DNA of 64,000 bases from an uncultured archaeon. GTDB taxonomy: Archaea; Hadarchaeota; Hadarchaeia; Hadarchaeales; Hadarchaeaceae. The position numbers were made by a program, and so were the translations under genes. Below are positions 1 to 8,795 of this stretch, in pieces (position 1 is the stretch's first letter; every line of letters begins with the position of its first letter). The notes under the pieces were generated by a model. That model searched no databases, was not told the origin of the DNA, and was given only the letters and a program-made list of their open reading frames with translations. The stretch covers positions 1 to 64,000 of the forward strand of contig CAKZTQ010000016.1 in assembly GCA_937921735.1 (NCBI GenBank), read 5' to 3'.

Positions 1-135
1 GCTATATAAAGCTATCGATTTACCATAAAAGCGCTCCAGCGAGTGGCAAAATATCCTTATAAAGGTGTCCTGACAAATTGTCTTACGGAAGCGTTAAAAG
101 CTGGAGGAAACACCGTTGGCTGGGAAGTAGGGAGG

Positions 136-579
136 ATGGCGGATTTAGACGAGCTCGACCTTCGGATTTTACGCGCCATGGGCAAGGGAGCTGGCGTGGG
201 CCCCAAGCTCACCGAGCTGGCTAGGGAGCTCGGCGAACCTAGAAGCACCGTCAACCTACGCGTTGAGCTCATGGAGGAGGAGGGCGTGATCACAGGCTAC
301 GCGCCTCGCGTGGACTGGGCGAAGCTCGGCTATCCCATCTTCGGCTACATAGGCATCGTCTGCCACGATGAGGTCCTCGAGCGCCTGCTCAAGCTCCTCA
401 AGAGGGAGGAGTCGGTCGTGGAGGTGCACGAGGTGACGACGGGCTCCTTCGACCTCCTGCTCAAGTGCAGGTTCAGGAGCTACGAGGGGATAAACGAGCT
501 TCGAGAGAAGATCCTGCGCGTCGAGGGCGTCAAGGACATGGACATCTGGCTTTTGGGCCCCTGTCACAAGGAGGAGTAG
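136..579 (+). CDS. Lrp/AsnC family transcriptional regulator
   Basis: LDELDLRIL...LARELG...LMEEEGVITGY HTH plus RAM domain (VTTGSFDLLLK); ATG 136 follows a GGGAGG RBS. Confidence 0.9.
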   Translation: MADLDELDLRILRAMGKGAGVGPKLTELARELGEPRSTVNLRVELMEEEGVITGYAPRVDWAKLGYPIFGYIGIVCHDEVLERLLKLLKREESVVEVHEVTTGSFDLLLKCRFRSYEGINELREKILRVEGVKDMDIWLLGPCHKEE

Positions 580-730
580 CCACTCCCGTCCGCGGCCAAC
601 GAAGGAGGCGGACCGAGAGACCACTCGCGGAGCGGCCCTAGGAGTTTGAGCGGAGGAGCGGGCCGTTCATCGCAGGGCATGAGCCCTCGTGCATGGGGTA
701 AGTTTTCCGATCACAAGATATATTTGAGTC

Positions 731-750
731 ATTTGCTAACATAAGTAAAT
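731..750. promoter_or_regulatory. Imperfect inverted repeat upstream of the MNT-HEPN operon (putative autoregulatory operator)
   Basis: ATTTGCTAA-CA-TAAGTAAAT in an AT-rich promoter stretch. Confidence 0.45.
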
Positions 751-767
751 GGCTTATAGGTGGGATC

Positions 768-1520
768 GTGAGGTGGCTCCCACGCTGGGTCGGCGAGGCC
801 TACTGCAAACTTTACGCCTTTTTTGGCTCCAGCCCCTTTACTTTGGAGGATTGCTCGGCGGCGATAGGTAAGCCCCCAGCCACCTGCAGGGCGATGCTCA
901 GCGAGCTCGTGCGGAAGGGCTACGCGCGCTCGCGGAGGGAGGGCAGGAGGGCGGTCTACGCGCTCGAGGAGCCGTCGACGGTCGTCCTCTCGATAGGGGG
1001 TGGGCTCAAGGGTTTGGAGGCGGTGAGGCAGAGGGAGTACGTCCCGTTGCTCAGGGCGGCGGTTTCATCGCTCCTGCGGCGCCTCGGCGGACGCCTCGTC
1101 TCGGTGGTACTCTACGGCTCCTTGGCGAGGGGGACCGCCCACGCGCACAGCGATGTGGATCTCCTAGTGGTAGCGGAGGGGCTTCCGGACTCCTTCTCCG
1201 AGCGCATAGGGGAGATGCTCCAAGTCGCGGGGGATTGCGAGGGGGAGTGCAGGAGGCTCTGGAGGGAGAAGGGAATATACGCCAACCTGCAGCTCTACCC
1301 CCTGACGCCGGGGGAGGCGCGGGAGGCGAGGCCCTCGTACCTCGACATGCTGGCTGACGGCATCGTGCTCTTCGATCGCGGCGGCTTCATCGAAGGGGTA
1401 TTCTCCAGGGTCAGGAGGAGGCTGGAGGAGCTCGGCGCGAGGAGGGTGCAGTTGCCGGGGGGCGGCTGGTATTGGGTGCTTAAGCCCAAGCTCGAGCGCG
1501 GCGAGGTGGTGGAGGTTTGA
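768..1520 (+). CDS. wHTH-fused minimal nucleotidyltransferase (MNT antitoxin-like)
   Basis: N-terminal wHTH; LYGSLARG...SDVDLLVV GSx10DxD motif; C-terminal WYWVLKP...GEVVEV; coupled to HEPN gene. Confidence 0.88.
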   Translation: MRWLPRWVGEAYCKLYAFFGSSPFTLEDCSAAIGKPPATCRAMLSELVRKGYARSRREGRRAVYALEEPSTVVLSIGGGLKGLEAVRQREYVPLLRAAVSSLLRRLGGRLVSVVLYGSLARGTAHAHSDVDLLVVAEGLPDSFSERIGEMLQVAGDCEGECRRLWREKGIYANLQLYPLTPGEAREARPSYLDMLADGIVLFDRGGFIEGVFSRVRRRLEELGARRVQLPGGGWYWVLKPKLERGEVVEV

Positions 1521-1978
1521 GGACGGACCTCATGGCCCAAGCCTACCTGGAGAGGGCCGTGCGCTGCCTACAGGAGGCGAGGGAGGCGATGAGGGTGGGG
1601 GACTACCCTGGCGCGGTCCGGAGGTCTCAGGAGAGCGTCGAGTTCTCGCTCAAGGCGATGTTGAGGCTGGTGGGCGTCGAATATCCGAGGGAGCACGACG
1701 TCTCGCGGGTCCTCCTCGAGGTGGGATCCAAGTTCCCCACGTGGTTCTCGAGCGACATCCCGAAGATGGCGGAGTTCTCGAGGGACCTCGCGATGAAAAG
1801 GGGTCCGAGCGCCTACGGTGATGAGAAGGCGGGGGTACCGCCCAGCGAGCTCTTCAAACGCGGCGACGGGGAGGCCGCGCTGCGGGCCGCGACCTTTACC
1901 CTCGCGCGGTGCAGGAAGTTCTTCGGCTGGTTCACTGGGGCAGGCCGCCGCAGGGGAGGGGCGGCCGGTCAGCGGTAG
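1517..1978 (+). CDS. HEPN domain protein (toxin-like)
   Basis: SQESVEFSLKAML...YPREHDV motif; overlaps the MNT stop. Confidence 0.88.
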   Translation: MRTDLMAQAYLERAVRCLQEAREAMRVGDYPGAVRRSQESVEFSLKAMLRLVGVEYPREHDVSRVLLEVGSKFPTWFSSDIPKMAEFSRDLAMKRGPSAYGDEKAGVPPSELFKRGDGEAALRAATFTLARCRKFFGWFTGAGRRRGGAAGQR

Positions 1979-2901
1979 TTCGCGATCACCTCCATCAAAG
2001 GCTTCCTGAGCTCCACGGTGCCGTCGGCGAGCTTCCTAAGTAGCCCCTTCCGCTCGAGTTTCCGCAGGCAGGAGTCGCAGAAGCTCGCCCTGCCCCCCTC
2101 TCGCAGCTTGGCGGGGTTGTCCATGGGCTTTCCGCAGAACAGGCACCTCGTGGGCAGGTTGGGGCCCCCCGAGGAGCCCTCGCAGCCTCCCCTGGGCACC
2201 TCGGGGAGCTTCTTTATCACTATCCCCTTGTCCGTTATGTCGAAGAAGTGCAGCTGGTTGCTGTGCGCCGTGCCCCTCATCTTCCTGACTTCGAGCGCCC
2301 TATCCCGCGTCAGTCCCTCGCCCTCGTAGTAGAGCACGATGACCCCGTCGACCACGTCCTCGATGCCCAGCTTGCTCAGCCCCTCCTCGTCCACCTCGCA
2401 GGTCAGCAGCGTGGTGCACCCCAGCCCAGCCAGCCTGTCCTTGAGGTCCCCCAGCTGGAGCTTGAGCGAGACCTCGTCGGGGGCGAAGATCGCCAGCTTC
2501 TCGACGCCGTCCACCGCGGCACGCTTGGCCTCGGCCCCTTCCACCGCCTCCGCGATCTCGTCGAAGATGTCCTCTATCGCCGCCTCCGCCTTCTTCATAG
2601 CCTTGGCCACGCTGGCTATCGGGCCACCTAGGATCTGGAGGCTGCCCTCCTTCTCCAGTCGCTGGAGCTGCCAGCCGAAGGCCGAGGCGTCGTCGTACAG
2701 CGCCTTACGCTCGCGCTCCAGCGAGACGAAGACCCCTGGCTCCCCGTACTCCTGGATGCCGTTGGCTATGTACTGCATGGCGAAGATGGACTTTCCCGTG
2801 CCCACCTTGCCCATCGCCAGCACGCAGCTCCCGCGTGGAAATCCCCCGCCGACAAGTTCGTCCAGCCCGTGGATGCCGGTCTTCACCCTCAATCCCTTCA
2901 C
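1969..2901 (-). CDS. KaiC/RAD55-like RecA-superfamily ATPase with C-terminal zinc finger
   Basis: VKTGIHGLDELVGGGFP, Walker A GKVGTGKS, VRKMRGTAH; tail CLFC...CDSC. Confidence 0.88.
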   Translation of the reverse strand: MKGLRVKTGIHGLDELVGGGFPRGSCVLAMGKVGTGKSIFAMQYIANGIQEYGEPGVFVSLERERKALYDDASAFGWQLQRLEKEGSLQILGGPIASVAKAMKKAEAAIEDIFDEIAEAVEGAEAKRAAVDGVEKLAIFAPDEVSLKLQLGDLKDRLAGLGCTTLLTCEVDEEGLSKLGIEDVVDGVIVLYYEGEGLTRDRALEVRKMRGTAHSNQLHFFDITDKGIVIKKLPEVPRGGCEGSSGGPNLPTRCLFCGKPMDNPAKLREGGRASFCDSCLRKLERKGLLRKLADGTVELRKPLMEVIANYR

Positions 2902-3485
2902 CTCGTTCGCCCGTTAGGGCTCCAGTACGCCCGGCTCAGGGCGAGCTCCGCGCCCACCACCAGCGCCGTGAGGTGCATCAGCGCCTGCATCGCGGCCGTG
3001 CCCGTGGCCAGCTGCGGTCCCTCGAGCAGGGGGCCGACGACGAGCGCCAGCGCGAACATGAGCAGCACCCTCGCCGCGGGGAAGCCATAGCGCCTGAACT
3101 CCACCGCCACCGCGCCGAACAGCCCGCTCACCCCCGCCGAGGCGCCGAGGAAGACGTAGGGCTCCTCCAGCAGCAGCGCGACGGGCACCACCGTCAGCAT
3201 GCTGACGGCGACGAATACCCCGAAGAAGGCCGAGCTGGAGAGCCTCAGCTCCCAGGCGAGCACCGCCACCGCTGCTAGGCCCACGAGGTTCACCAGCAGG
3301 TGCTGTGCACTGCAGTGGGCGAACATGAAGGTCAGGGCGCGGGCCCACTCCCCGTCGCCGAGCGCCATCCCGGAGACCCCGAGGTTGGTCGCCTCCAGCC
3401 TTCCGTCGTCCTCCAACGCGAACACCAGCACGCAGGCGAGGGCTATCAGGAGGGCTGCGATGAGAGGGTTTTCCCTGCCATTCAT
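2898..3485 (-). CDS. Rhomboid family intramembrane serine protease
   Basis: HxxxxHLLVN, GASAG catalytic Ser, downstream MHLTAL His, several TM helices. Confidence 0.8.
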   Translation of the reverse strand: MNGRENPLIAALLIALACVLVFALEDDGRLEATNLGVSGMALGDGEWARALTFMFAHCSAQHLLVNLVGLAAVAVLAWELRLSSSAFFGVFVAVSMLTVVPVALLLEEPYVFLGASAGVSGLFGAVAVEFRRYGFPAARVLLMFALALVVGPLLEGPQLATGTAAMQALMHLTALVVGAELALSRAYWSPNGRTR

Positions 3486-3622
3486 CGTTCCTCCTCGAGG
3501 TCCCTCACCTCCCAGTAGCGCAGCACCCGCCCCCGCATCGCTGCCTTCCTAGCCCTAAGCTTCCAGAGGGCGCAACCCGCGGCGCAGGCCGCGAGCAGCC
3601 CGACGCTGAGCTCGACTATCAT
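3482..3622 (-). CDS. 46-aa small membrane protein (not in ORF track)
   Basis: Manual translation MIVELSVGLLAACAAGCALWKLRARKAAMRGRVLRYWEVRDLEEER*; ATGA overlap with rhomboid start. Confidence 0.65.
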   Translation of the reverse strand: MIVELSVGLLAACAAGCALWKLRARKAAMRGRVLRYWEVRDLEEER

Positions 3623-3785
3623 CCTTCATTCCTCGGGATCTCCGAGCGAGAGGCTGGCAGCGAGCGATAAAAGTCTTCTGAAGCTATCCTCCACTCGCCG
3701 CGACGTTTTACTGTTGAACGAAAGGCGTGGACGAAAGGGGCGAGGATCGGCGGGGAAAAGCGTTCGAGCTCGCTCCCGCGGGCCA

Positions 3786-4061
3786 TCAGTCGGAACCCTC
3801 GGGGAGGTCCTCGAGCAGCTTCCTATAAGCCCTAAGCCACTCGTGCCCCTTCTCGGTCGTCACGTAGACAAGCGGCGACCTCACCCTGACCTCTATGAGG
3901 CCCGCGCTTAGGGCTTCGGCGAGGTACTTCTTGCGCTGGGCGAAGTTGATGTTAGCGCGATACATGATGTGGGTGCCCCTGGCGCCGTCTACGGCAGCCG
4001 ATAAAATATCCGCGAGTATCTCAACTCTACCCCTTCGGCGAGGGCTCGGTATCGTCACCAT
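3786..4061 (-). CDS. Archaeal winged-helix regulator (HTH_45-like)
   Basis: RRGRVEILADIL...THIMYRANINF...YVTTEKGHEWL; start uncertain. Confidence 0.8.
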   Translation of the reverse strand: MVTIPSPRRRGRVEILADILSAAVDGARGTHIMYRANINFAQRKKYLAEALSAGLIEVRVRSPLVYVTTEKGHEWLRAYRKLLEDLPEGSD

Positions 4062-4521
4062 ACCCCAATTTATAGTAGCTCCGGAGGGGGGTTTAAGCCT
4101 TTTGGAGGCCACTTCCATCCCCCGAAACCCTTAAATATGGCCTTCAGGCCGCTCCGTCCCCCTAAAGGGCCCTCACGATTCACCCTTGCCTGGTCCTCCA
4201 GGTCGAACCCTGCCCTTCCTCCTCGGACGTCCTCCTCGCTTCCTCGAGGGAGCCTTCGTCTTGCAGGGGCTTCCCCTCGCATATAGCGGTCGGGTGCCAC
4301 CGAGGAGCATTCGAAGGAATTTCCCGGCGTGGGAGATCACCCGCCCCCTTATCCGGCCGCGTCGCAGAGGACGTTTTCCACCCGCTTCATCCACCCTCGT
4401 CCCCTCTCCGGGAACAGGTCACCGCCAATTTAACTCGGCGCGAGGTCTCTAGGGGCTTTCGGGCTTGGCCCGTGGGCGGCACGGGTGGCGGTCGGTCGAA
4501 GGGCCCCACGTGAGCCCGCCG

Positions 4522-5457
4522 TCAATGCCAGACAGCAAGCCCCGCCAGGTAGAACCCGTAGAGCGCCAGCAACGCGACGCCTTCCCATCGGGAGAGCCTC
4601 CTGCCCGTGAGCATGAACGCCAGCAGCGAGGCCACGACGACGAGCATCATCAGGTTGCTGAACCACACCTCCGCGGGGCCGATCGCCACGGGCTTGAGGG
4701 CGGAGGCGAAGCCAAGCACCCAGGTCAGGTCCAGCACGTTCGCCCCTATTATATTTCCGAGCGAAAGCTCAGGGACCCTCTTGACCGCCGAGACGGCCGC
4801 GGTGGTCAGCTCGGGGAGGGAGGTGCCAACCGCCACGAGGGTGAAGCCTATCACCGCCTCGGGCACGCCCAGCCACCTCGCTATGCCGACGCCAGCGTAT
4901 ATCAATAACCTGCTCCCCACGATTATGCCTGCCGCCCCCAGCGAGAATCGCAGGGCCAGCTCCCGAGGACGGGGGGTGCCCTCGCGGGGCGCCAGCTCCC
5001 CCTCCACCGCCCCACGGCCCCTCCTCACGAGGAAGCCCAAAAAGAGCCCGAGCATCAATAGCAGCAAAAGGCCCTCAAGGCGGCTGATCCCCCCGTCCAG
5101 CGCCATGACTACGACGGCTGCGGCGAGGGCGAGCATGGCTATGCCCTCCCTCAGCCTATCCCGCTCGATGGGGATGGAGACGGCCACCACCGCGATGGAG
5201 AGGACGAGGGCGATGTTGGCGATGCAGCTGCCCACGACGTTGCCGTACGCCACGCCCCCGCTGCCCATCGCCGCCGCCATGGCCGAGGTGGCGAGCTCGG
5301 GTAGCGTGGTGGCGAAGCTGACGAGCGTGAGGCCGATCACCGCCCTGGAAACGCCCAGCCTCCTCGCTAGCTCGCAGGCGGAGTCCACGAACTCGTCGCC
5401 GCCGCCGACGATCAGGGCGAGGCCGACGAGAAGGGCGAGGAGGAGGAAGAGGGACAT
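4522..5457 (-). CDS. Calcium/sodium antiporter (CaCA family)
   Basis: Two alpha-repeats ATTLPEL / GTSLPEL, GNVVGS, GNIIGAN. Confidence 0.92.
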   Translation of the reverse strand: MSLFLLLALLVGLALIVGGGDEFVDSACELARRLGVSRAVIGLTLVSFATTLPELATSAMAAAMGSGGVAYGNVVGSCIANIALVLSIAVVAVSIPIERDRLREGIAMLALAAAVVVMALDGGISRLEGLLLLLMLGLFLGFLVRRGRGAVEGELAPREGTPRPRELALRFSLGAAGIIVGSRLLIYAGVGIARWLGVPEAVIGFTLVAVGTSLPELTTAAVSAVKRVPELSLGNIIGANVLDLTWVLGFASALKPVAIGPAEVWFSNLMMLVVVASLLAFMLTGRRLSRWEGVALLALYGFYLAGLAVWH

Positions 5458-5461
5458 CGCT

Positions 5462-6622
5462 CTACCCCGCCACCCGCCTGAACAGCACGGGAGTCGCCAC
5501 CGTGGTGACGAGCGTGGTCACGGTCATCATCGCGAAGACGTCCGCCGGCACCACCCCAGCCTCCAGCCCAAGCAGGAGCACCGCCAGCTCCAGCGACCCC
5601 CTGGCGCACATCGCCACGCCTATGGCTAGGCGATCCCTGCGCCGATACCCCGCGGCGGCCGCCCCTCCACCGCAGCCCAGCAGCTTGCCCGCGAACGCCG
5701 CCGCGACCAGCGTCAGGAGCACCGCCGGCCTCACGCTGCCCCAGTCGGGCGAGAGGGAGAGTCCAACGTAGGCGAAAAACATGGGCGTCAGGATCGTTTG
5801 GAAGGACGTCGAGATATCCTCGAGCATGGCGTTTAGCCTTATCCTGCTCACCAGGAGGGCGTCGGGCCTCTCCCTCAGCCTGCTTATGAACAGCCCCGCC
5901 ACGTAGGCGCCTATGATCTCGTGGAGGCCCATCCTGCGCGCGAGGACCGCGAGCGCGAGAGCCAGCGCCAGGGCGAAGGTGATGGGGATGCCTCCCCTCT
6001 CGAACCTCCAAAGCCTTCGCATGACGTCCCGCTTGACGATCAACTCGCGCGAGAGGTACCCCACGACGAGCAGGAAGGCGACTATACCTATCGTCGCCTT
6101 GACGAGCAGGCCCAGCTCCAGCCCCCCTCCCCTCGCCGCCATGGAGAGGATGCCTATGACGTAGACCGCTAGGATGTCGTCGATGAAGGCGACCGTCGTC
6201 ATCAGCTGCGCCAGGGGACGCGCGCCCACGAAGCGGGTCACCACCTCCGTGGCGGTGTTGCTCAGCGCCGCCCCCACGAACAGGCAGGTGATCGTGGGGT
6301 ATCCCCAGGCGTACATCGCGGCGAAGCCCAGGGCGAGGGAGGCCGCCATGCCTGAGGCGGCGATCGCGAGCGCCCTGAACCTCACCCTCACGAAGAGGTC
6401 GAAGCGCGAGTTCATGCCCGCCACGAGCATGAGCACCACCAGCCCGAGCATGGCCACGGCCCTTATGTAGTCATTGGGGCTCACCCAGCCCAGCAGCGCG
6501 GGGCCCAGCACGACGCCGGTGGCGACCTCGCCCAGGAGCGGGGAGAAGTCGAAGCGGCGGAGCAGCTCGCCGGCGACCTTCGCGCAGAGGAGCAGCACCA
6601 GCAGGTCGAGCAGGAACTCCAA
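5462..6622 (-). CDS. Cation:proton antiporter (CPA2/NapA-like)
   Basis: GEVATGVVLGP, FIDDILA, FAGKLLG, MCARGSLEL; multi-TM. Confidence 0.88.
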   Translation of the reverse strand: MEFLLDLLVLLLCAKVAGELLRRFDFSPLLGEVATGVVLGPALLGWVSPNDYIRAVAMLGLVVLMLVAGMNSRFDLFVRVRFRALAIAASGMAASLALGFAAMYAWGYPTITCLFVGAALSNTATEVVTRFVGARPLAQLMTTVAFIDDILAVYVIGILSMAARGGGLELGLLVKATIGIVAFLLVVGYLSRELIVKRDVMRRLWRFERGGIPITFALALALALAVLARRMGLHEIIGAYVAGLFISRLRERPDALLVSRIRLNAMLEDISTSFQTILTPMFFAYVGLSLSPDWGSVRPAVLLTLVAAAFAGKLLGCGGGAAAAGYRRRDRLAIGVAMCARGSLELAVLLLGLEAGVVPADVFAMMTVTTLVTTVATPVLFRRVAG

Positions 6623-6623
6623 G

Positions 6624-6878
6624 CTAGTCCCCCTTCCTCCACAGCGTCCGTCCGCCCACCTCTATCCGCAGGACCCGATGGTAGGGGATCTCCACCTCCC
6701 CTTCTCGCGAGGCCACCCGCATGAAGGCGCGGCCCAGCTCGAGTATTTCGTCTCCCCTTATCACCCGCACGTCGCCAGGGGCTCCCCTGTGCGCTATCGT
6801 CACCCTCGCGTCCCTGAGGCTGAGCCTCGGGTGCCACCTCAGCCTGTTTAGGGTCTCCCTAGCCCCCATGCCGACCAT
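6624..6878 (-). CDS. DUF504/MJ1316 RNA-repair-domain protein
   Basis: RETLNRLRW...HRGAPG...IPYHRVLRI. Confidence 0.85.
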   Translation of the reverse strand: MVGMGARETLNRLRWHPRLSLRDARVTIAHRGAPGDVRVIRGDEILELGRAFMRVASREGEVEIPYHRVLRIEVGGRTLWRKGD

Positions 6879-6939
6879 GGCTCCATCCTCGGGCCTGCGT
6901 TTATCGGTATCGCTCGCCTCGCCCGCGCTCCCGTTGGGG

Positions 6940-7328
6940 GGTCGTGTCCTAAATAGGACATGGGGCTCAAGGAGGGTTGCTCGTGGCTCTCAATTAGGAC
7001 GGCCGGTGTCACAAATAGGACACACGGCGTCGGTTTTCGGCGGGTTTAATCGCTCCATCATGCGGCGATGTCCTAAATAGGACAGTGGGAAAAGCAAGTG
7101 TCGCAAATGGGACGCGAACGACATCGCAACGTGGCCAGCTTTGAACGAAAAGCGGATTGCTGTGGTCAAGATTCGTTCGAAATCTGAGATGCTGTATCAA
7201 ATGAGACGAAGTGTCCTAATTCAGGGCATAGGGGATCGTCGAGAGGACGCTCGCCGGTCGGGTGGGCGTCGAGATGGATCGCGGGGGCTCGCTTGAGTGC
7301 CGCAAATGGTCGTGTCCTAAATAGGACA
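6940..7328. repeat. Cluster of 16-bp imperfect palindromes TGTCCTAAATAGGACA
   Basis: Exact copies 6945-6960, 7069-7084, 7313-7328; variants 7007-7022, 7099-7114, 7193-7208, 7212-7228, half-site ~6988-7000. Confidence 0.9.
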
Positions 7329-7389
7329 CAACGCCAAGGCGCCGGCGGTGGTTTTATCCCCAGCGCGCGAACGAAATTGCGGGCGGCTC

Positions 7390-8025
7390 ATGATCTCCTA
7401 CGTGTTCCTGCTGGGGCGCCCCGGCTCCGGGAAGTCCGCCGTGTACGGGTTGATGGGCGAGCGCATGCTGAGGGAGGGTTTGGCCAGGGAGGTCATGCGC
7501 CTCGACGACTTTCCGATACTCAAGCAGATCGTCGACGAGGACGTCGAGTTCAAGCGCCACGTGAGGAAGGAGGGCGGGTTCGAGGTGACGGACCTCTCGA
7601 TGCTCGACGAGGTGCTCAAGCGCATGGACGGCCAGCTAAAGTCGCTGAGGGGTCCGGGGAGGGTGATCTTCGTCGAGTTCTCTCGCGACAGCTACGCCCA
7701 CGCGCTTCGGAACTTCAGCCGCGAGGTGCTCGAGCGCTCGTTGGTGGTCTACGTCTACTGCCCCTTCGAGGTCTGCCTGCGGCGGAACGAGAGGAGGTTC
7801 AGGGAGGGCGGCAAGGGGCTAGACGACCACATAGTGCCCAGGGATATGATGGAGAGGTATTACAGGCGGGACGACTACGAGGAGCTGCTGCTCAGGTCCG
7901 AGGACGAGCTCAAACGTCGCTCCCCCTCGCCGCTCGTGGTGATAAGGAACGACGTAGACGATATGCGAGCGCTTGAGGCGGAGGTGGAAAGGGCGCTTGC
8001 CTTTCTAAAGGGGTTAATAAATTAG
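7390..8025 (+). CDS. P-loop nucleotide-kinase-like protein
   Basis: VFLLGRPGSGKS Walker A; lid-like CLRRNERR. Confidence 0.7.
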   Translation: MISYVFLLGRPGSGKSAVYGLMGERMLREGLAREVMRLDDFPILKQIVDEDVEFKRHVRKEGGFEVTDLSMLDEVLKRMDGQLKSLRGPGRVIFVEFSRDSYAHALRNFSREVLERSLVVYVYCPFEVCLRRNERRFREGGKGLDDHIVPRDMMERYYRRDDYEELLLRSEDELKRRSPSPLVVIRNDVDDMRALEAEVERALAFLKGLIN

Positions 8026-8062
8026 GCTAACCTAATTTTATAAGAAAGTTAGGCGCACCTAA
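8022..8062. promoter_or_regulatory. Two DtxR/IdeR-type operator palindromes flanking a TATA box
   Basis: TTAGGCTAACCTAA (8022-8035) and TTAGGCGCACCTAA (8049-8062) around TTTTATAAG, directly upstream of dtxR-feoB. Confidence 0.85.
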
Positions 8063-8075
8063 TATTGGTGCGAGC

Positions 8076-8795
8076 ATGGGTAATCCCGCGAGGCCCGCCC
8101 GCCAACGCCTGACGCCGGCCGAAGAGGAGTACCTGGAGTCCATGTTTACGCACGAGAGGAGGTTCGGCCGTGGAATCAGGGTGGCCGAACTGGCGAGGGA
8201 GCTCGGGGTGAGGGACCCGAGCGCCGTACAGATGCTGAGGAAGCTCGCGGGCAAGGGCTTGGTGAGGTACGGCCGCCGCCTCGGGGCGAGGTTGACGAGG
8301 AGCGGCGCGAGGCGGGCGGCGATGATAGTGCGGAGGCACGAGCTGGCTGAGAGGCTCCTCCACGACGTCTTCGGCCGCGACCTCTGCAGGTCCCACGAAG
8401 AAGCGTGCAAGTTCGAGCACATCCTCAACGACGAGCTCGCCGACGAGATCGAGGCCATACTGGGCAAGCCCGAGACCTGCCCCCACGGCAATCCGATCCC
8501 TAGCAAGGACGGCAGGGTGGTGAGGCTCGATGTGCCTAGCTTGGCCGACGCCGAGGAGGGTGCGAGGTGCGAGATCCTTACGATCCCGGAGGAGCGCGAG
8601 GCCCTGCAGCGGCTGATGTCCCTCAACATCATCCCGGGCTCGAAGGTCGAGGTCGTCGAGAAGTCCCCCTTGGGTGCGCTCATGGTCAGGTGCGGCGACG
8701 CCCAAGTGGCGCTCAGCCGGGAGTTGGCGTCGAGGATACTGGTGAGGTTGCATGACAGGAAGAGGCGCCGACATCGTCATGGCGCTCGCGGGTAA
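8076..8795 (+). CDS. DtxR/MntR metal-dependent regulator with C-terminal FeoA domain
   Basis: EEEYLE, RRHELAERLL, EACKFEH, CPHGNPIP; SH3/FeoA tail. Confidence 0.93.
   Translation: MGNPARPARQRLTPAEEEYLESMFTHERRFGRGIRVAELARELGVRDPSAVQMLRKLAGKGLVRYGRRLGARLTRSGARRAAMIVRRHELAERLLHDVFGRDLCRSHEEACKFEHILNDELADEIEAILGKPETCPHGNPIPSKDGRVVRLDVPSLADAEEGARCEILTIPEEREALQRLMSLNIIPGSKVEVVEKSPLGALMVRCGDAQVALSRELASRILVRLHDRKRRRHRHGARG

Noticed and set aside
580-1978. Mobile element or defence island around MNT-HEPN
   Set aside because: No integrase, transposase, att site or tRNA; such pairs are common in thermophilic archaea
6940-7328. CRISPR array
   Set aside because: Repeats only 16 bp and degenerate, spacing irregular, no cas genes or leader
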